In this document: one piece after another, positions 37,615-50,575 of the stretch
Layout of the letters: the number at the start of each line of letters is the position of its first letter
Numbering within the stretch: position 1 is the stretch's first letter
NCBI GenBank assembly: GCA_951406725.2
Contig: OX597822.1
Location: 30,628,001-30,692,000 of the forward strand
DNA: 64,000 bases
From: Octopus vulgaris
Taxonomy: Eukaryota
Reading direction: 5' to 3'
Notes under the pieces: generated by a model
Seen by the model: only the letters and a program-made list of their open reading frames with translations
What the model was told of the DNA's origin: nothing
The model's database searches: none
Translations under genes and position numbers: made by a program

Positions 37615-39567
37615 GTTTGAACCGATGACGTTATGGCGTTGTTTCTTTTCCCTCAGGACAATTCGTGTTTGGCGTCTCTGTAAAAGTCTCTTTTGCAATT
37701 CGACAGGTTTTATTTCTGAGCCCGCTGGGAGATTGAAGGTTTAGTCGCCGACCAGTTCATCTGAAATATGTACTTTAAATTTCTGACGTGCGACTTAATG
37801 ATAAATGCTTACATTACAGATAAATATATCTACAATATACTTGCTTGTGTTGAGAGTATTTGCATGAATCCCAACGTGGTACTACTGCCATATGAAACTT
37901 TAGCAGGGGCTTTAAATCTCTAGATACCAATGCACATACATGAATATTATTATATGTGTGTGTTATGTATCACAAAAAGAAGAACATTATGGAAAAGGTA
38001 AGAAAGTGATAATAAATGCTTTACATTTTTATCTAAATTACTTTTTTTATTTAATAAGCTACCGGTTTTAATCGTTTTAAAAACTCCGATTTATTCATGA
38101 TGAAATAAAAAGGATTATAGCTAAAATATATTCGATTCAATCATTCTTTTATTATTATCATGTGCCAGCGATAATTCCATGTGGGGAAAATAATAGACAC
38201 TATCATATAAGGCTCGATATGATGAGGTCACAATAATGATAATGATGATGGTAGTGATAATAGTGATTATGCAGATGGTTTGCTTTTGCTGCGATGTTGA
38301 AAGATATGATATAATGAGGATAACAACGATAATAGCAATCGAAGTAATGCCAATCGAGATTTGATCTAATCAATATCAGGCATATGAACTGTGTATCCCA
38401 TTATCTGTTAAAACCAATGCATTAATTTTCAAACAAGGGATGACAAAACTCAACGAAAGTGATGCCATGAATATTTTAAGCACCAATCATTTGTGAGTGT
38501 ATCCATGTCGATAATCTCAGCAACAAAATAGAATTCGGAATTATTATGGAACTAGGTTAATACGAAGATGCTCTGTCATCCAAATTGATTATATTATTGT
38601 TATAATATAATGATGAAAATATATACAAAGTAATATGGCTTATTAACCAGCACTCTACGTAGAATTTTTCCTATTGGGAGAAAAATTAATTCTGCACGTA
38701 TAACTATCCATAGTCGTCTTCTCATTATAATGTAAGCTTGACATTGTTTCTATATAAACCATGGTCGTTCCTTATGTTTGTTTTTAAGTTCAGCATTCAA
38801 GGAACGATTTTCAGGGGAAAATGTGTATCAAGGAGAGACATCTATTGAACACTTTCAGCGCAGTATGAGGAAGGATTTAAAAAATTTTAATTGTTACATA
38901 ATTGTCATGCAGCATGAAAAGCTAGACGGTAGATACCGAGCCACGACTTGTATGGATGACATCATTGAACGAGTCTCGTGGTTCTATGACATAGTGCTCT
39001 TGAAAAACCAAGTGGCAAATAATGAAATGGCATATAATATGCAAATTATTCATTGTTCGGCCTGTGATATGATTCTCAATACATCTGGCCACAGTTACAA
39101 CAATAACTACACAACTTAACATTTCAAACTCAAACCTGCATCATACTGAATAGAGAGACCACATCTAACGATGCGCATGCAACAAATTCTCCCGCCAATA
39201 GAGTAAATATATAATGTATCCCAAATGATTAATAGCTCAAAATGTTCTTCAGAGCAAGCACAAAGTAGAGAGTCTGTCGTGGTTATCATATTAACAACAG
39301 TATGTTAAATGATGTCCCAAACTTTGAGTAAAGGGTACAAGATCTAGTGTAGCACCTCGAGTAATTTTCCTGAGAAATTGAAAAGAAGGCGATAAATGCA
39401 TCGGAGATAAATACTCTCTCTCATACATATTGCAAAGTCACATAAATTATAATTACCTTTTTGATGTGATTATAATTACCTATTTGATCAATTACTACCT
39501 CTTTGGTGGGAAACTGTTAAAAAAGAAAAGTATGGCAAATAGTTCGTTATATCTTATAATTTTCTTC

Positions 39568-39737
39568 AGGTGTAGGTGTGGCTGTGTGGTAAGTAGCTTG
39601 TTTACCAACCACATGGTTCCGATTTCAGTCCCACTGCGTGGCACCTTGGGCAAGAGTTTTCTTCTATAGCCTGGGGCCGAAAAGCCTTGTGAGTGGATTT
39701 GGTAGACCGAAACTGAAAGAAGCCCGTCGCATATATG

Positions 39738-39769
<32 letters not shown>

Positions 39770-39958
39770 AGTGTGTGTTTGTGTGTCTGTGTTTGTCCTC
39801 CAATATCGCTTGACAACCGATGTTGGTGTTTTTACGTCCCTGTAACTTAGCGGTTCGGCAAAAGTGACCGATAGAATTAGTACTAGGCTTACAAAGAATA
39901 AGTCCTGGGGTCGATTTGCTCCACCAAATGACTGAAATAAGTGAAAGAGTAAAAGAGA
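39568..39958 (+). mobile_element. SINE family B
   Basis: Homologous to 61143-61546, small deletion in the tail. Confidence 0.9.
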
Positions 39959-41339
39959 AGATTCAGTCATTTACATATTGAACATTCTCACCATTAAAAA
40001 GTGTAGCTTGTCGTATAATTACTGCTTCTCTACATTCAAACATACAAGTGCTCATATTTTCTGGGGAAGATTGACAAGAAGAAGAAGAAGCATTTTGGCA
40101 CAAGGCTAGCAATCGTACTGTTCAAGTGCTACTTGTTCTATCGACCCCCAACAGGAGAAAAAGAAAACTCGACAATAGAGGTGTTTAAGCGCAGAACGTA
40201 AGGGTGGAGGAGTTGTTACTAAGCACTTTGCCCGGCGAGGTATCGACTCTATCAACGCGCCGCTTTTAAAATGTGTAATATTGAAAATCACGCTTTTAAA
40301 CATAATATCTGTGGGAAAAAACTACTTTTCATAAGCTTTTGTTGTTCTCAGCTAATTTATTATATTAATTTTCTTTGAACTAGATATTTCTAGAATAGAA
40401 TATTAGTAATGTTGTTAAGTCTAATGACATTTATACATAACCAAGTTCAATACAAATTAGATAGTACCTTTTTTATTCACTTCTTGATTCCTTAATCACT
40501 AAAGAGAAATCAATTCGATGAACTAATTTAATTGTTTAGCTATTCATAAAATCTAAAGGAATATTTATATTTTCGTACAATTAGACTTTACATTTTATCT
40601 GATATTTTAGGTTTAATTAAATAAATTTCGGATAACTAGTTTCATGATGCATCAATACTTTGACTTATTACCGAAAGACAATTGACAATACGTTGCAATG
40701 ACTTTCGTATGACCTTGACAAAGGTGTCATACTAGTGTTAACCTGGTCAATAGAAGAATGTCAGTTGACACACATAATAGCAATAGAAAATATATGACTA
40801 ACAAATGTATGTACGTATGAATTATGTGACATGTGGTATGAAATTTGAAGATATTTAATATAACATTCACTACGCATTGTAGGTAAAGAATTAGTTTCAG
40901 AAATGCAGTTGTTTGGGTCAACTATGAATATAATTCAAAACTATACATTCATTGCCTGGGTGTATGATAAACAAAATAAATAATTGGTTGATTTTAAAAT
41001 ATGTACCGTCATTATAGTTATAAACCTATAAAGTTATTAATTAGATGGTGACATGCTTTTCTTTAGTGAATGCAATAAAATGTTATCTCAGTCGGAAATG
41101 TATTGTGTAGCACGGCAGCAATATGCCACTCTAAATTTACCACCTCTTATAGATTAGATCAGATTTTCTCATATATTCACGTCTCAATTCTTCAGTTGTT
41201 AAGCTCAATATAACACACAAACACGCTCAGTTATGTAGCGTATAACTAAGCGATAGCTGTTCATATATTTATATTTGCCACACCTTAATTGTATCACTAT
41301 GCAAAACACTTAAGTTAGAAACTATTTAACTTGTCTTCT

Positions 41340-42260
41340 CTTAATGTAGCATATAATGCAACTCATTCGTTTATCACACCAATACACTAACAAACATGCA
41401 CACATCCAGCCACAAGGTCGCACATATATACTCGCTAACAACATACCTTCTTTCGATAAAGGGACAAAAGAAAAGCTACTATGTAGGAGAGCCACGTGTG
41501 ATGTTTGAAATCTAATACCACACCGCATACATTTAAGTGGAAAATAATGGAAAAGCCCACACCATATGTCAACGGATCAAAGAAATGTAAGCTATGCGTA
41601 GCTGAAAGATCATAGATCCTTTTTTTAGATACAAGAATTCCACCACATTGCTGAATTCCAGATCTGAGGTTTGCAGAGGATGTAAACATATGGATAAATT
41701 TCTGTCGGCGTATTGGAAAATATCACCCTCTCTGGATTGAGGAGCTGTATCGCACAATCTAGGTACCTATTCATACAAGAAAAACATAACTCAGCTAATA
41801 TACTCCGTCAAGTTCTACAGCATGGAAAACGCCACCTGCCTAACTCATTTATATTGTTCAGCTCTATCACCAATATCACAAAATAACAATAGCTATCTGA
41901 ATATCTGACAATATGTTAAAGATAAATGATATAGCAGAATGCTGATTTAAGTAATCATTTTTGTCGATTTTTGCTTAAATCTGTGTCGGTGCTAAACGAG
42001 AAAAACTATGATGTACAGGTTTTCGGCCGAAAATGCAAAGTGAGATACACAAAATTATTGGTTTGGATATGCCATAAAATTCTCTAGCTGATGAAAACAT
42101 TCCACGCCCCGATTAATGTGTGAGATTATGGACGCGAATTCTCTCAATCCTCCAGTCTATTTCTGCATGTCTGTACATTCCGGTGAAGACTACAGAAGCT
42201 GAGCGCACGATGGACTCGGTCAGAGTATGAAAGTGGCTATTCTTCTTCACTTACTGTTTA
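41340..42260 (+). mobile_element. Degenerate PLE 3' fragment (GIY-YIG C-terminus and 3' UTR)
   Basis: + strand reads FKWKIMEKPTPYVNGSKKCKLCVAE...LLNSRSEVCRGCKHMDKFL, a Cys-rich C-terminus typical of some PLE endonucleases; CTGATGA at ~42088. Confidence 0.7.
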
Positions 42261-42631
42261 ATACTGGCGAATATACTTATATAGCATTTGGAAGCGACTG
42301 TGTATTTATGTGGTATTTAATGTTTCTCTGGGCCTAGTCAGTGTAGTGCATTGCTTTAGATTCCTTTGAAGCTTAAAGTGGTTTCTTGTGATAGTTTTAA
42401 ATACACAGGCAAGGCTGGCATAATCTGTGATGTGTCTTTTGCATTATATATGTACACCCATCTTGTGTTTTTACACTCCTATTTCTTAATGAAATGTAGT
42501 ACATGTATGTGCGTCACATATATTAATTCCTCTTTTGACTTTGTTTACTGTGCCTTCTAAATGAGTTTTGTATGTGTTGTACAAAGGATGACGTCTGTGC
42601 GCATTCATTGTTTATCTTCTATATTTCATAT

Positions 42632-42850
42632 TTTACTTGTTTAAGTCATTACACTGCGGCCATGCTGGAGCAATGCCTTGAGGGGGGTTTTAGTTGAACA
42701 AATAGACCTCAGAATTTATTTTTTTAAAGCATGGTACTTATTCTATCGGGTTCTTTTGCCGAACCGTTAAGTTACGGAGACGTAAACACGCCAACACCAG
42801 TTGTCAAGCTTTGGTGGAGGACAAACACAGACACAGACGAAGACGCACAC
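42632..42850 (-). mobile_element. SINE family B, 3' half
   Basis: GCGGCCATGCTGGAGCA...GCCGAACCGTTAAGTTACGG. Confidence 0.8.
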
Positions 42851-42871
42851 AGACACACAGACACATACACA

Positions 42872-42943
<72 letters not shown>

Positions 42944-43418
42944 CTTCACAGTTGAGATCCAGATATTCTACGTATAAGATACACTTAGTAGTAAACAAAA
43001 TACACAAACTTAGACGCCGATGTCTTTACAAGTGATATTCCACAAGGTAAAAAAAAGGCAAAAGAGGGATCTGGTTGAGCGGGTATAGAAGCAGAGGAGT
43101 TCTTTGAACTTCTCTGCCTTAAGGTCTGAAATGTAAGATCTCTTTCTTGAAGACGGAGTCTCGTCTCATCCTATGCTAAATGCATTCATACGCCCGCATT
43201 TTCTGAGAACCCAGAAACAGCTGTTGGATTGTCATAATTTTCTTCCCCACCTTTAATTTTCCGTCATATATAATCTGTGTAAGTTGGACCTTTATATATG
43301 TATACATATATACCTATTTTGTATTTGATGAACTTAATATACCTTATATATTGATATGAGTACTTTGCTTACACCCCCACCCAATATACATACATATATA
43401 AATATTTATATATATATA

Positions 43419-43643
43419 TATGCTTTATTAAAAAACAGCAGAAATATCACAAAAACTGTTACTCAGAGTTTCACGTTCCCGTTCGTCGGATATTCTAAAC
43501 AAAACTGGCCGACGAACGAGAACGTGAAACTCTGAGTAACAGTTTTTGTGATATTTCTGCTGTTTTTTAATAAAGCATATTACTCTACCTCCGGCATTCG
43601 AGTACTTTTTCCCACCTTGTTTCGCATCTATGTGCTTACTCCA

Positions 43644-43645
<2 letters not shown>
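43419..43645. mobile_element. Fold-back PLE-derived element with hammerhead motifs (43502-43545 +, 43453-43490 -)
   Basis: ~70-bp near-perfect arms; AAACTG(G) | CCGACGA | ACG agaa CGT | GAA | ACTC t GAGT | A | ACAGTTT. Tail homologous to ~49211-49286. Confidence 0.8.
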
Positions 43646-43691
<46 letters not shown>

Positions 43692-43693
<2 letters not shown>

Positions 43694-43848
43694 GACGAGC
43701 TTCTTTCTATCTCCGTATACTAAATCCACTCACAAAGCTTTGCTCCACCCGAAGCTATAGTAAAAGACACTTGCTCAAGGTGACGCACAGTGTGACTGAT
43801 CCTGGTACCATTTAGTTGGGAAGCAAGCATCTTACTACACAACTACTA
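43692..43848 (-). mobile_element. SINE family B, 5' half, diverged
   Basis: AAATCCACTCACAAAGCTTTG...GCTATAGTAAAAGACACTTGCTCAAGG. Confidence 0.75.
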
Positions 43849-43899
43849 CAGTTGAATTTTAATATTTCTAATTCTTTGGTGTTGGGTGGAAGAAGGGAG

Positions 43900-44450
43900 A
43901 CACTGATAAACGTTGATGTCTGTCATTTTGTAGCGATGTTTGTATGTAATTAATGTAGGGATGCAATCGATGTAGGTATGTAAATATGATGTCATCTGTG
44001 TATGCTTTGAGAAAGTGCTAGAATGTTGTGGATGAATGGGTTTAAAGGTGTTGACGAGAGAATAGAACTTTGTGGTGATCTATTTGAAAAGCTGCAAATT
44101 CTCGATATGTTGATTCATACATCCAATAGTTTTGACCATTTGAACGATAGTTTTATGTGGATTCAGGATTCAGAAGAGAATGTTAAGCATTTTGTCCGTA
44201 AGTGCAAAACAGAAAATGGAGCGTGTGGAAACGTTTAAACAGATGCTGATGGCAGTTATCTGTGAGTGTTTGTCCCAACTCAACCTGATGTGTAGGCGTT
44301 GGGTTTATAAGTAGACAGGTGGTTGCGTGAAGAAGGCAAAATCTGAGTAGTGATTTAGTAAGGAAGGAATGGCGATTGATGTCAAGATTGAGCACTTCAA
44401 AAATAATTAAGGCTGTGTATAGTGGAATAGCATTTCTATACAATGCCGGC
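43900..44450 (-). mobile_element. Highly degenerate non-LTR RT fragment
   Basis: Minus-strand remnants SPQSSILSS (motif B-like) and KAYTDDIIF (motif C). Confidence 0.4.
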
Positions 44451-44531
44451 TACTATTTGATTTTAGAATTGTTAATATTTTCAAATTTTCGTAGTTTATG
44501 AACATAACAGCATTTTTCAAGTAGTGTGTAT

Positions 44532-44574
<43 letters not shown>

Positions 44575-44576
<2 letters not shown>

Positions 44577-44698
44577 AGAATGTTTTTGCGCAATAAGATA
44601 AAAACCAAGGCTGTATAGATATTAAAGCATTTATAAATAGATCTTACAGCTGTTTCTAGGATATTTATTAATAACATCCCTTCTTCGGAAACGGTGAT
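44575..44698 (-). mobile_element. Short PLE-type repeat with a hammerhead motif (44642-44691)
   Basis: On -: TTT | CCGAAGA | AGGGATG..TATCCTA | GAA | ACAGCTGT | A | AGA; related to the 1468-1760 family. Confidence 0.65.
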
Positions 44699-45039
44699 AC
44701 ATATATATATATATAGATATATGCATACATACATACTACTTGTGTATGTATCTGTGTATGTATATATATATTTATATATACATGCGTGTGTGATTTGAAG
44801 TGTACAGATTTTAGATATTAAAAAAATGGAGGTTAGTCAGAAATTTGGATGATTAATTATTTGGCGCTTTCATCTCGTTTCAGAGACTCATCAAGAATGA
44901 TTTTTTTTTAGAAAATTTATGCCTTTTAATTTATATGTGTTAGTTGAAAAATCTGGAATTGAATGTGAACATGTGACAACAATAACAACAGTAACAACTT
45001 CAAATATTATTCCCATATGATATTTAAAAGTTGATTCTC

Positions 45040-45230
45040 CTTAGACAGTTTCTGCGACTATATTACCCCTAACAACTGGCCACTTAACTCTCCACGCTGC
45101 AACCCCCTAGATTATTATGTGTGGGGTGCAGTTCAGTGAGAGATCAACAAAACTTTTGTAACGGCAAAGATGACGGAAGGCAAGGATTATGGCAGCATTC
45201 ACCAACTTAAAAAAAGAGAGCATCACACTT
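45040..45230 (+). mobile_element. Tc1/mariner transposase C-terminal remnant
   Basis: NWPLNSPRCNPLDYYVWGAV...ARIMAAFTNL. Confidence 0.65.
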
Positions 45231-45386
45231 CTCTTAGCAAAGAGAAGGGTCCTGTCAGAGGGCCCTGATTGATCTGGACAAGGTGATGTAGACACCTTCT
45301 TCTCTCTGGTGAATTGCACAATCACTGAATTAACTGTAGAAAGTAGGATCCCCATGGTTTTCTGCGTATTTTACGGTGACTATATA

Positions 45387-45758
45387 CACCTTGAGAGGCG
45401 GTTGGATGGAACTTACATTCGCCTCCTTATGAGAGCTCAAAATCTCTCGTGGAAGCGCCATCCAACCAAAATGCAAATATATGGGAAACTACCACCCGTG
45501 TTATCTCTTGTGAAAGGTAAGAGAGTCCAGTTTGCTGGACATTGTTGTAGAGCTGAAAAAGAGGTAATTTCTACTCTTCTCCTCTGGAAGCCATCTACTC
45601 ACAATACCAGAGGGCGCACACTCTCCTACCCTGATGTAATCTCCAGGGATACAGGCATCCAGCAACAGGACCTCCGTAATGCCATGATGGACCGTAAAGT
45701 CTGGCGTAGCATGGTAAATTCCATTGTCTCGACCACGGTCGAACAATGATGATGATGA
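45387..45758 (+). mobile_element. RTE-clade LINE 3' fragment
   Basis: RRLDGTYIRLLMRAQNLSW...RVQFAGHCCR...MMDRKVWR, followed by a (GAT)n tail. Confidence 0.8.
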
Positions 45759-46369
45759 TATACACCTTCGGAATGATCCACAATATGGCTTCTTTGAAAT
45801 TCTGACAGTTCCAAGGCTTCTTTTCTACATGGCATGATTAAACAGTCACATATGGAATCTGAAACATAAACGTGTCAATTAATAAGAAATATAAAGCTTT
45901 ACAAGTTAGAATAATCAGAAAACGATGTTTTATAGGGTGTCTATTTACGTCTAACATGTGTGTGTACTTTCCAGCCAGTACCTTCTACTACCATTCATAG
46001 CAGTTCGACAAACGCGCTCTCGCTGCACACACTATGGATCTATCAGCCGCTAGTAAATCCAAACCACGATGAACAGAGAAGATGGCGTTGAAGTCGACGA
46101 TTTTAAACTAAGGGAGACAACACTCATATATCGCCTGATGAAACACAACTAGACCTTATTATGCAAACACATAGTTGCATAATCAAATACCTGTACTCTT
46201 GGAGAACTAGGTTGCGTCGAAATTCTCCAATTTCTTCAATTTTATATTCAAACATGAGGAATGTCCAAATTTAACTTCAAAGTATATTATATTACTGCCG
46301 ACAGTACTGGTTAATTCTAAAGGTGAACGAGCTTTATACTGTACTCTATCACGTTTCTAACGGAATATA

Positions 46370-46500
46370 ATGTATGTATGTATGTATGTATGTATGTATG
46401 TATGTATGTATGTATGTATGTATGTGTGTATGTATGTATGTATGTATGTATGTATGTATGTATGTATGTATGTATGTATGTATGTATGTATGTATGTATG

Positions 46501-46561
<61 letters not shown>

Positions 46562-46781
46562 GTCTACCTATCTATCTATTTTCCTTTCCCTTTTTTCCTC
46601 TCCCCCCTTTTTTTATTTTTATTTTTTTAAAAATTTTATTCCCCCCTTTTTGTCCTCTTTCTTTCCCTTTACGATCCCTTTTGATCGAAAACCAAACCCC
46701 CTTTTTTTACCCCCAAAAGAAAAGCTCTACCTTGTAATTTGTCCTGTCTGTGTGCAGCCCTGTGTGGCTAATAAAGAAACA

Positions 46782-46851
<70 letters not shown>

Positions 46852-46868
46852 GCTATCTATCTATCTAA

Positions 46869-46921
<53 letters not shown>
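46370..46921. repeat. (TATG)n/(TATC)n microsatellite interrupted by a ~210-bp non-LTR 3' end (46570-46781)
   Basis: Pyrimidine-rich insert ending GCCCTGTGTGGCTAATAAAGAAAC between TATC arrays. Confidence 0.75.
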
Positions 46922-46924
<3 letters not shown>

Positions 46925-47801
46925 TCCCGTCGAAGGCGACGTATTAGCGTCCAGCTTTTTGCAGAACGACCTCCACAAATGATTTTGTTATAGTCATCGA
47001 ATGTACGACTGCTGCACTGCTCATTCTCTCCTTCAAATTTTTTAACAGAATAATAAACTAATCTGGACCTCCACAATAATTAGTTTTATGAATTTAACTT
47101 CTTATTGTCATAGAATTTTGTTATGTAGAATGCGTTATAACTACAGTAAAGTTACTTAAAGAGAAAAATACTAATTTGCATGGTTAAGCAACACAAATTT
47201 TATAATAAATATTCTATAAATCCTATCTTTCATTGAAACAGTTCTGAACTGTAGCATCGATATGTGAACAATAAGACAGTCCTCTATAGACGAAATAAAT
47301 GCTGGACATCGCTTTCATTTAAAATTCTTTCATCATGGAGTTCATATCCCAAGTAGAAGAAATGATGAATTTGAAGAATAAAGACTTTTTCAGCTGCTAG
47401 CATTTTGCATTTACTAAAAACTACTTTTTTTATTGAATGTATATTTGGAAATACCAAATATACCATTGACACAGTTTTTAATAATAACAATTAAGTTACA
47501 CAGTACCTAATAGCGAAAAAAAGAGGGTTTGTGAAAGACGTAATAGACATAGGTTTCACAAGTTAATAATTGTCCAACCGAAATCAATTTTAGATACATT
47601 GAACTAGCTGATCTCACCACATATAAAAAGTTAATGAAGAAAGAGAACTGACCAGTGTTGACTACCACACATGCTGTCTATTGCTCCTTGTGAAAACGGA
47701 AGAGATTATAGAAGGGCCTGAATTTCTGAGAATTACGCACTTAAAGTGAAGGGGAACAAGCCCAATGGCACATATATATTTACACATACACACACACACG
47801 C

Positions 47802-47843
<42 letters not shown>

Positions 47844-47844
47844 A

Positions 47845-48013
47845 CACGACGGGCTTCTTCCAGTTTCTAGCAACCAAGTCCAACATTTTGGTTGGCTGAA
47901 GACTCTTGCTCAAGTACCGTTCTGTGGGAATGAACTCAAGGCCACATAGTTTGAAAGAAGCTTCTTATCACACAAATACGTCTGTCTTTATCCATACAGC
48001 CATGCTTGTGCCT
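47845..48013 (-). mobile_element. SINE family B, degenerate 5' half
   Basis: ACGACGGGCTTCTTCCAGTTTC...CACAGCCATGCTTGTGCC-like ends. Confidence 0.6.
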
Positions 48014-48604
48014 GTTATATCTAAATACAAAGTATTGTTGTAAATGATGATTGGTCAGAGGGGAAAAACATTTGAGGCTTTCAAATAAAATGTACACTTA
48101 AAGTGGGTTGGAGAAATATTTCCGTTTTTACGACTTCTCCTTTTTCATTTCATCAGATTCAAGCATCTGTTCTTGAAAACGTCAGTACAATCAAATTAAC
48201 TCTAAACTCCCTCTTAATCGTGTGTTGCATACTTAAAATAAAACAACTTAGATATTGTGTTGATATTTAAACCTCTTCATAAGTGGACTGAATGCAGGTT
48301 CATAGTTTACTACGACATAAGTTATAGTTGTTATATTCTGCATATGGATTTAAGATCTTTACAAGCTATATTTACTTTTCTAAATCTGTTGTTGTTCAGC
48401 TCCGGATATATCAACATGAGATAAAGCTTCGATGAAAGGCAACAATGATCATCGTGTCATCTGTTCAGTCATGATATATTTACGTTATTCACGGATATTT
48501 AAGTTATTATTATTACGTTATTAACGGATATTTAAGTTATTAACGGATATTTTCACCAGTTTTGGAAGGAGATCAGTGCAATTTGGAGCGGATTTGACAG
48601 TTGT

Positions 48605-48840
48605 TTGACCCTTTAGCATTCAGATTATTCTGTGAAATGCAATGCTTATTTATTCCCATTGATTTGAATTAATCATGCACTGTCTTCTGGCTTGAACATT
48701 TTGATAAAGTGATTGATACTTTTACCTTTTGCATTGACATTATTAGAGTAGGTTTGAACTGTTGAATCTGGTCAATTTGAACATAAAAAAAGACAGAATA
48801 TTTTCGTCGGAATTGGCCAGTTTAAATGCTAGAGGGTTAG
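48605..48840. mobile_element. piggyBac-like MITE
   Basis: TTGA|CCCTTTAGCATT ... AATGCTAGAGGG|TTAG: imperfect TIRs with degenerate TTAA flanks. Confidence 0.55.
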
Positions 48841-49283
48841 AGTAACTAGGTGGAACCACATGGGAATTATTTATTAAGCTCTAAAAGGTTTTCGTGAAAC
48901 ATGATGACATTAGTAATCCCATTGGTCATTTGTGTTAACGAATGACATTTATTTTTCGATATATTCATTCTGCACATAGTAGCTTAACTTACTGAACTTT
49001 GATCAAGTGAAAAATACTAGATGGAGCATCAGCTCAAATATAATGAGAATTTCATAAAAAGGCGAATAAGAGGCATATTAACAATAAAGGCAGCATGCAG
49101 ATGAATGATAACAGCGAGTTTAGTGTGGAGAACTAATTTTTATAGTGACTGTTTCAAGTAATGTGTCTAATATAACTATTCCAAGTAAGAACATCTTTTC
49201 GGCACTTGTTCCACCATATTACTCTACTGCTGGTATCCGAGTACTGTTTTCCAACCTTGTTTCGCATTTATGTGTTTACTCTG

Positions 49284-49333
<50 letters not shown>

Positions 49334-49554
49334 ACATACACACACACACACACAACACACACACATAGAGTCAGATATATATACGTATATACATACATAC
49401 ACACACACATACACACACACAGTCAGATATATATATATATGTATATACATACATACATACACAGTCATATATATATATATGTATATACATACATACATAC
49501 ACACACATATGCATATAAAAAGGGGTTTGTATGATTGTGTATAGAGGGATATAT

Positions 49555-49644
49555 ATTATTCAAAGAAATTCCAACTGTGTCTGTTTTTTATGTTTTATTT
49601 ATATTCTTTATAATATTAATGTAGAATATAGAATATATAGTACA

Positions 49645-49686
<42 letters not shown>

Positions 49687-49869
49687 AAATGAAATGAAGT
49701 CCCTTAATATTTTATATTCAATATTTCATCTATTCAATAACACAATACTTCATTTCATTTTACTATATACACATACATTATTTATACTATATATTCTATA
49801 TTCTACATTGATATTATAAAGAATATAAATAAAATATAGAAGTCAGAGTTGGAATTTCTTTGAATAATA
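49555..49869. repeat. Nested AT-rich fold-back element
   Basis: TATTATTCAAAGAAATTCCAACT.. pairs with ..AGTTGGAATTTCTTTGAATAATA; inner arms GTAAAATGAAATGAAGT/ACTTCATTTCATTTTAC. Confidence 0.7.
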
Positions 49870-50575
49870 CATATATATATTCACTCTTCTAAGTTTGCAC
49901 ATTAATGCAATTGTTTTCGAATCAGCAACTATTAAAACAACCAAAATACTTATATTTTTTCGTGTGAAATGCAGGCTAAAGATACGTTATTTTTTTGAAT
50001 AAGTAATACTGTTGTCTTATTAGATCTGCATATAATCACGAGGTCACTGTTGAATCTTAATTACTGATTAGTTTATATTTGATGTAGTTTCTAAATGCGT
50101 TTTATGCAAGAAAAGAGTGGACTGGATTTCCTTTATCATTAGACCTAAACAAAGCGACAAATCACCGACTCTCAGCTTCTACCAAGCTACTCAACCAACA
50201 AGAAATAACAGCTAAATCTCCACCAAAGAGAAATTCAATCTTAGGAAATCTTCATTAAATTGTATGGTATGGCGTGCTATCTGTCTGTGGAATAGAAGGG
50301 ATGGTCAAGTCAGGAAACGTTTGACTACAGATATCTTGTATCGGAAGTGACATTCAGCAAAGCAAAGCCAACGAAAACAGCAAGTGACTGTAAGCCGATT
50401 TAATGATTTGCCAGCCACCCACTCATCTACTAGTCAAATGTATAAATAGAAAAATAAAAAAATAGAAATAAAAAACTTCAACAAATTTCCTTTTTAATGT
50501 ACTAAGATAGACATAAGTTCTGCGTCAATAAGTTTGCAGTCCACCGTTTGTAAAACAGAGAGAAAGGTCGCTAAA

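Noticed and set aside
38778-39119. Non-repetitive 113-aa + ORF with a TTCAG acceptor-like site
   Set aside because: No recognisable domain or linked exon; could be real but is unsupported.
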